In this document: positions 59,047 through 64,000 of the stretch, piece by piece
How the letters are laid out: each line of letters begins with the position of its first letter
How positions within the stretch are numbered: position 1 is the stretch's first letter
DNA from: Candidatus Bathyarchaeia archaeon
GTDB lineage: Archaea; Thermoproteota; Bathyarchaeia; Bathyarchaeales; Bathycorpusculaceae
Assembly: GCA_049515895.1 (NCBI GenBank)
Contig: JBEKTQ010000007.1
Coordinates: 96,001 to 160,000 of the forward strand
Direction of reading: 5' to 3'
Length of the DNA: 64,000 nucleotides
The notes under the pieces: generated by a model
Told to the model about the DNA's origin: nothing
Databases searched by the model: none
The model's input: the letters and a program-made list of their open reading frames with translations, nothing else
Position numbers and translations under genes: made by a program

Positions 59047-60510
59047 CTATTCGATGTAGGTTTTCTGAAGATTTCCAGAATAGTCAACATACACCGTTTT
59101 CAGCTCAGTAAATTCCCTCACGCCTTCAGGTCCGTCTTCCCGCGTGTTTCCCGAATGCTTGCTGCCTCCGAAAGGAAGGTGACATTCTGCGCCGATTGTC
59201 GGGCTGTTAACATAAGTTAATCCTGCCTGCAGCTTGTTGATTGCGACAAAAGCGTTCCTTATGCTGTTGGTGTATATGGAGGAGCTCAAGCCGTACTCAA
59301 CGGAATTTGCAACCTCGATTGCCTCAACAAGGTTTCTTGCGGCGAAAATTGAGATTACTGGTCCAAAGATTTCCTCCTGAGCGATCCGCATGTTAACAGC
59401 GCAGTCAGTAAAGACAGTTGGCTCAAAGAAGTACCCTTTCAAATCTCTAGGTACACTGCCCCCAATAAGGAGCTTTGCGCCCTCTTTTTTCCCGATTTCC
59501 ACGTATCTGCCTACTTTTTCTTGAGCCGCTTTATTAACTAAAGGTCCAAGGTCAGTTTTAGGGTCTAAACCATTTCCAAGTCGAAGTCTGCGGACCCGCT
59601 CGACCAGCATAGCTTCAAAGGCTTCTTTTATTTTCTCATGAACAATCACTCTGGAGCTGGCCGTGCATCTCTGCCCCGAGGTTTCAAAGCCGCCCCAAAG
59701 AACCCCGTCAACAGCCAGCTTAAGATCTGCATCATCCATAACAACAATCGGGTTTTTCCCGCCCATCTCAAGATTTACCCTTTTAAGCCCAGCCTCCCTC
59801 AGGATGGAGGCGCCTGTGTCTTTGTGTCCTGTGAAACTGATGACTCGCACACGTTTATCGCTAATCAAAGCCATCCCGACGGTTTCGCCTGGACCAGTAA
59901 CCAAATTAAGTACGCCCTTCGGGATACCTGCTTTTTCCACTATCTCGACAAGCTTAGTTGCGCAAAGCGGCGTGTCAGAAGCGGGCTTAAACACGGCGGT
60001 GTTCCCGCAGAGAAGCGAGTAAAAAACCTTTTTGGCAGGAATGGCTATGGGAAAATTCCATGGCGAAATCAACCCAGCCACGCCGATAGGCAGCCGAACC
60101 GTCATTGCAAACTTGCGTGGTTTTTCCGAGGGCGCCGTATACCCGAAGAGCCTTTTGCCTTCACCCGCTGCGTAAAACCCAACGTTGATTGCCTCTTGAA
60201 CGTCGGCGCTTGCGTCAAGCAACGTCTTTCCCATCTCTCGGGTCATAATTCGAGATAGCTCATCCTTATTTTCGCTAAGCAACTGGGCAGCTTTAAAAAT
60301 GTACTCGGCACGTTTCGGAGCTGGCGTATCCGACCAACCGTCAAAAGCTTCTTCAGCAAACTCAACTGCCTTCTGGGCGTCAAGAGCGTTTCCTTTCTGA
60401 AATTCCCCTATGACTTCGTCTGGGTCTGCAGGGTTAACCCTTGTGAAGGTTTCACCCGATTCTGAGTTTACCCATTCACCGTTGATGAACAATTGATATT
60501 TCGAAACCAT
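59047..60510 (-). CDS. NAD(P)-dependent aldehyde dehydrogenase
   Basis: PWNFP, FTG, LEMGGKN, GQRCTA, EEIFGP, PFGG.K.SG; alternative GTG start at 60519. Confidence 0.95.
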   Translation of the reverse strand: MVSKYQLFINGEWVNSESGETFTRVNPADPDEVIGEFQKGNALDAQKAVEFAEEAFDGWSDTPAPKRAEYIFKAAQLLSENKDELSRIMTREMGKTLLDASADVQEAINVGFYAAGEGKRLFGYTAPSEKPRKFAMTVRLPIGVAGLISPWNFPIAIPAKKVFYSLLCGNTAVFKPASDTPLCATKLVEIVEKAGIPKGVLNLVTGPGETVGMALISDKRVRVISFTGHKDTGASILREAGLKRVNLEMGGKNPIVVMDDADLKLAVDGVLWGGFETSGQRCTASSRVIVHEKIKEAFEAMLVERVRRLRLGNGLDPKTDLGPLVNKAAQEKVGRYVEIGKKEGAKLLIGGSVPRDLKGYFFEPTVFTDCAVNMRIAQEEIFGPVISIFAARNLVEAIEVANSVEYGLSSSIYTNSIRNAFVAINKLQAGLTYVNSPTIGAECHLPFGGSKHSGNTREDGPEGVREFTELKTVYVDYSGNLQKTYIE

Positions 60511-60696
60511 TTTAAACACTTCTTAATTTTTTTGGCCCTTCTAAAATTAACTGCTTTTTTGTCTGACCCTGCGTTTAATTTGTTCAGGGTCATGTTCTAG
60601 ATTGTAAATAGCATTATTAACCTCTTCGAATCAAACGGAATTGAGAAAAAGTCTTTCTGACACGGCGATGATTCTTAATCCTGAGAGTCGAATTGA

Positions 60697-61302
60697 ATGG
60701 AAGATTATGATTGGGATTCTGATTATGCATCAGGGAATTTTAGTCATTGGGAGCCGAATGCTCCGTCACCTGAGCTTGCTGCATTAATAGCTGCTGGGTT
60801 AATCGGGAAAAAAGCTAAGATTTTGGATGTCGGTTGTGGAGGTGGGTTGGACTCGATTTTTATGGCGCAATGCTGGTTCAGCGTAACTGGCGTCGACTTA
60901 AGCAAGAAAGCGCTTAATATCGCCAGAGAAAGAGCAGACAAAGGCAAGGCTAAGGTTGACTGGTTAGTTGGTAGTGTTTTGCATTTGCCGATTAAAGCTG
61001 GAGCCTTCGATTTCGTTACTGACCGCGGTTTGTTTCACTTAATCGAAAACGTCGACAGACCGAGGTATGGTTCTGAAATATTCCGAGCCCTAAGACCCGG
61101 TGGGTATGCGGTGATTAGGGGAGCAAGCGAAGAAATTGGGCAAGATCGTTTTAACCCTATAACCGAGGAAGCAATCGACAAAGCATTTCCAAAACCAAAA
61201 TGGCACAGAGGTTCAGTCGTGCCTTTGCCACTTTCTTCCAGCGCTGGAACGATTGACGCCAGAATCGCAATTCTGAAAAAGATAAACAAAAATTCCGTCT
61301 AG
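60697..61302 (+). CDS. class I SAM-dependent methyltransferase (TPMT/TehB-like)
   Basis: LDVGCGGG, GVDLS, DRGLFH, LRPGG. Confidence 0.88.
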   Translation: MEDYDWDSDYASGNFSHWEPNAPSPELAALIAAGLIGKKAKILDVGCGGGLDSIFMAQCWFSVTGVDLSKKALNIARERADKGKAKVDWLVGSVLHLPIKAGAFDFVTDRGLFHLIENVDRPRYGSEIFRALRPGGYAVIRGASEEIGQDRFNPITEEAIDKAFPKPKWHRGSVVPLPLSSSAGTIDARIAILKKINKNSV

Positions 61303-61313
61303 CTCGTTATAGC

Positions 61314-61478
61314 TTAAGCTGCTTTTCCAGAAAGTTCATGTTTCCTTACTATTCTGGTGCGGTACCAACTCCAAATCTGCTCTGCGGCGTCCTCAGAGTA
61401 TCCTGAATTGGTTAAAACTCTTTTGAACGAATGCTGTGATAACGTCTTCGGTTTTTTGTTGTTCTGTTGCGGTGGCAT
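61314..61478 (-). CDS. small hypothetical protein, 54 aa
   Basis: Hand-translated MPPQQNNKKPKTLSQHSFKRVLTNSGYSEDAAEQIWSWYRTRIVRKHELSGKAA; TATA-like TTTATTA about 25 nt upstream. Confidence 0.55.
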   Translation of the reverse strand: MPPQQNNKKPKTLSQHSFKRVLTNSGYSEDAAEQIWSWYRTRIVRKHELSGKAA

Positions 61479-61698
61479 ACTTTTTCAAACGGGGAAAAAA
61501 TAATAAAGGTTTTGATTTTTGAATCAAATTTGTAGGTGTGTACAACGTGAATACAAATCATTCAAGCCTTATGGATTTCTTCAGTTGTTTTGCCGGTTTT
61601 CTCCATATTCCTGTCTGCAAGTTTTTGCATTTTCACTCTGAAAAAACCTTAAATGAGGCATTAATCTCGTACCAAAATGAGTTTTTTGAGGAGTTTGC

Positions 61699-62130
61699 GA
61701 CAGATTTGACTTTTTTTCGACTTCTATTGACTTTGGGGAGATTTAAGGAGATTTTGGGAGAATTTGGGAGATTAAGGGAGAATTCGAAAATTTTCCATCG
61801 CCTTACGTCGCTAATCCTGTCATTAGCTTTGACTTTTTAAGACGTTTATTGACTTTTTCAGACTTCTATTGACTTCTATTGACTTTTGTTGACGTTAGTA
61901 GACTTTAGTTGACTTTGGCAGACGATAGTTGACTTTAGTTGACGCAACCTGCAACCAATCCAAGCCCCAAACCAAAAAACCAACCCAAAACGCAAAGAAC
62001 AAAATTTCCGCGACAAAAAACCGCAAAACCTCCAGCTCACACCTCTCGACCGGCATTTCCCTTGCGATTTTTTTTGGATTCTTTTAGATTTTTCTAGATC
62101 TTTCTAGATGTTTTTAGATGTTTCTAGATG
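61699..62130. repeat. arrays of degenerate 10-bp tandem repeats
   Basis: GGAGA every 10 nt at 61737-61777 (5x); GAC every 10 nt at 61831-61941 (12x); GAT every 10 nt at 62077-62127 (6x). Confidence 0.9.
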
Positions 62131-62191
62131 ATAGTTGCAATAGCTGCAAGCCCCAAACCAAGAAACCAACCCAAAACACAAAGAACAAAAT
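61961..62191. repeat. 45-bp A/C-rich direct repeat (61961-62005 and 62147-62191)
   Basis: CAAGCCCCAAACCAA[A/G]AAACCAACCCAAAAC[G/A]CAAAGAACAAAAT, 43/45 identical. Confidence 0.92.
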
Positions 62192-62204
62192 AGCTGAAAG
62201 AACT

Positions 62205-64000
62205 TTAGGTTTCATGCTTCTCTTCTTTTATTCCAAGTTGCTCCAGCATAGTGGAAAGGTTTTCGGTGGGAGGTAGGCATGTTTGGTCACGGCAAACGTA
62301 GGCGGTGGCTTTGCCTTCGATTTGCTGGTAAGCTAATCCTGCCTTGTCAGGGGTGGTAAGTGCGATTACGGCGGTTGGCAGGTAATTGTGTCTTAGTGTT
62401 TTGAGCATTTCTTGCGTGTCCTTTGCGTTTAAGTCGCCGATTACTGTTACCATGTAGGATGGGCCGAGTTGGAAGTCAAGTGCGGAAAGAAAGAACGTGT
62501 AAACGTCGGGTGCACCTTCGACTTCTTCAGCGAAGGTTTTAGTCATTTGCGTCGCCATCTGCTCGTATGTGGGCTCGTTGGTTAAGCGGCTAAGCCACAG
62601 CAGGTTGTGAAACGCCACTGAGTTGCCTGATGGGGTTGCGCCGTCGTAGAGCTGTTTTATTTTTGGCATACCCGCCGGGGTGCTTTGTGTTTGGTAGAAT
62701 CCGCCGTTTTGCTTGTCCCAAAACTTGCTCACCATGCTTTTGGTAAGGTCGATGGCGGCTTGAAGGTACACGTAATTGAACGCCGCCTCGTACAACTGTA
62801 TTAGCCCAAACACCGCGTAGGCGTAGTCATCTAGAAATCCCTCTATAGCCACTTCGCCTTTCGCGTAACGATGATACAACACTTCTCCTTTCCGCATATA
62901 ATTCAATAGAAAATCGGCTGTCTTGGATGCCGCAGTAAGATACGCAGTGTTGTCGAAGACGCTACCAGCTTTGGCTAAAGCCGCAATCATCAAGCCGTTC
63001 CAGTCGGCTAAGACCTTGTCATCTACCGCTGGAGCGACCCGTCTTTGTCTTGCTTCAAAAAGGGTGTTTTGGATTTTGCCCATCTGCATAATTAGTTGAT
63101 CAACTGTTAAACCCTTGTATGAAGCGAGGTCCTCAAGGCGTTCTGCAATGTGAAAAATGTTTTTGCCGTTTGCATGCCCAGTTTCGTCAAGATAATTGCC
63201 TTCAGGTCTCAAGCCATAGAGGTGAACCGCCAATTCTGAGTCTGCCGGAGCCAAGACATCGAGAACCTCGTCGACAGTCCACAGATAAAATTTGCCTTCT
63301 TCACCTTCTGAGTCAGCGTCTTGAGCGGAGAAAAACCCGCCTTCGCCACCTGCAGACAGCTCACGAAGAATATATTCCAAGGTTTCTTTTCCTGTAATCT
63401 TGAACTTGGGGGCGCCCGTCGCCTGATACGCTTCGACATACGCCAGCGTAAGCAAACCTTGGTCGTAAAGCGTTTTTTCGTAATGAGGAACCAACCAGCT
63501 CGCGTCGGTGCTGTACCTGTGAAAACCAAAACCGATTTGGTCAAAGATTCCCCCCAACCGCATTTGGCGCAAAGTATTTTCAGCGATAGACAAAGCGCTT
63601 TTATCCCCAGTGTGAGCATACCGGCGCAGAAGATACAGAAGCTTGTGGGGGGTGGGAAACTTTGGGGCTGACCCGAACCCGCCGTTTTCCTTGTCGTAAT
63701 CCAGCTTGAGACGGTCGAAGCCATCCTGCAAAACCTCAGGGGCGAGCTGGTTTTGTGGGGTTCTTTTTTCCACGGCTTCTATACGCGACTTGATGTCTGC
63801 GCCAACCATTTCCATTTGGGAACGCTGCGTTTTCCAAATTTGCATTACCTGCGGAATAAGGTCGAGCATGCCGATTATGCCTGGTCGGCTGTGTTTAGGG
63901 ATGTAGCTTTGCGCATAGAAAGGGTTCAGTTTAGGCGTCATTATTATGTTTAGGGGCCACCCACAGTTTCTGCCCATGGCTTGGCAAACAGCCATATACG
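62205..64000 (-). CDS. thioredoxin-domain protein YyaL/SSP411 family (5' end outside window)
   Basis: GWPLN, GGFGSAPKFP, GFHRYSTD..W.VPHYEK, DADSEGEEGKFY, DDK.LADWNGL, DGATPSGNS. Confidence 0.92.
   Translation of the reverse strand, partial: YMAVCQAMGRNCGWPLNIIMTPKLNPFYAQSYIPKHSRPGIIGMLDLIPQVMQIWKTQRSQMEMVGADIKSRIEAVEKRTPQNQLAPEVLQDGFDRLKLDYDKENGGFGSAPKFPTPHKLLYLLRRYAHTGDKSALSIAENTLRQMRLGGIFDQIGFGFHRYSTDASWLVPHYEKTLYDQGLLTLAYVEAYQATGAPKFKITGKETLEYILRELSAGGEGGFFSAQDADSEGEEGKFYLWTVDEVLDVLAPADSELAVHLYGLRPEGNYLDETGHANGKNIFHIAERLEDLASYKGLTVDQLIMQMGKIQNTLFEARQRRVAPAVDDKVLADWNGLMIAALAKAGSVFDNTAYLTAASKTADFLLNYMRKGEVLYHRYAKGEVAIEGFLDDYAYAVFGLIQLYEAAFNYVYLQAAIDLTKSMVSKFWDKQNGGFYQTQSTPAGMPKIKQLYDGATPSGNSVAFHNLLWLSRLTNEPTYEQMATQMTKTFAEEVEGAPDVYTFFLSALDFQLGPSYMVTVIGDLNAKDTQEMLKTLRHNYLPTAVIALTTPDKAGLAYQQIEGKATAYVCRDQTCLPPTENLSTMLEQLGIKEEKHET

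Noticed and set aside
61538-61840. 100-aa ORF across the repeats
   Set aside because: Low-complexity translation of T-rich non-coding repeats whose 10-nt period is incompatible with coding.
61699-62191. CRISPR array interpretation of the repeats
   Set aside because: Units are 10 bp with no unique spacers, the 45-bp repeat has only two copies, and there are no cas genes.

Overview
Archaeal chromosomal window with no CRISPR array, rRNA, recognisable tRNA or transposase. Gene content (carS, radB, XPD, psmA-SBDS-exosome-L37ae, archaeal DKFP-type shikimate pathway, LysW pathway, IPEF-tailed surface protein) suggests a TACK-group archaeon, probably Bathyarchaeia (inference). The core is a ~26 kb amino-acid biosynthesis super-cluster: an aromatic operon (aspartate kinase-aroA'-aroB'-aroD-aroE-aroK-aroA-aroC-CM-aminotransferase-tyrA-GATase), a convergent ilvBN-leuCDBA-pheA operon, and lysWXYZJK with a divergent Lrp/LysM. 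It is followed by larBCE, DNA-repair and accessory genes. Main observation: unannotated leader ORFs enriched in the cognate amino acids precede the operons. MSNNVLKKENVASWFQSFDYFYYSYFP (9 aromatic residues in the last 14) lies upstream of the aromatic operon with mutually exclusive hairpins and a U8 tract. MRDRHLNSWDRRVLIL (ends Val-Leu-Ile-Leu) lies upstream of ilv-leu. A weaker Lys-rich candidate precedes lysW. This suggests ribosome-mediated attenuation in an archaeon. Other observations: a shared TGAC-N6-GTYA palindrome at the leuC and lysW promoters, a LysX with a ~75-aa insertion, a GIY-YIG gene starting at ACG, a frameshifted gene, and a non-coding array of 10-bp-phased repeats with a 45-bp duplication.
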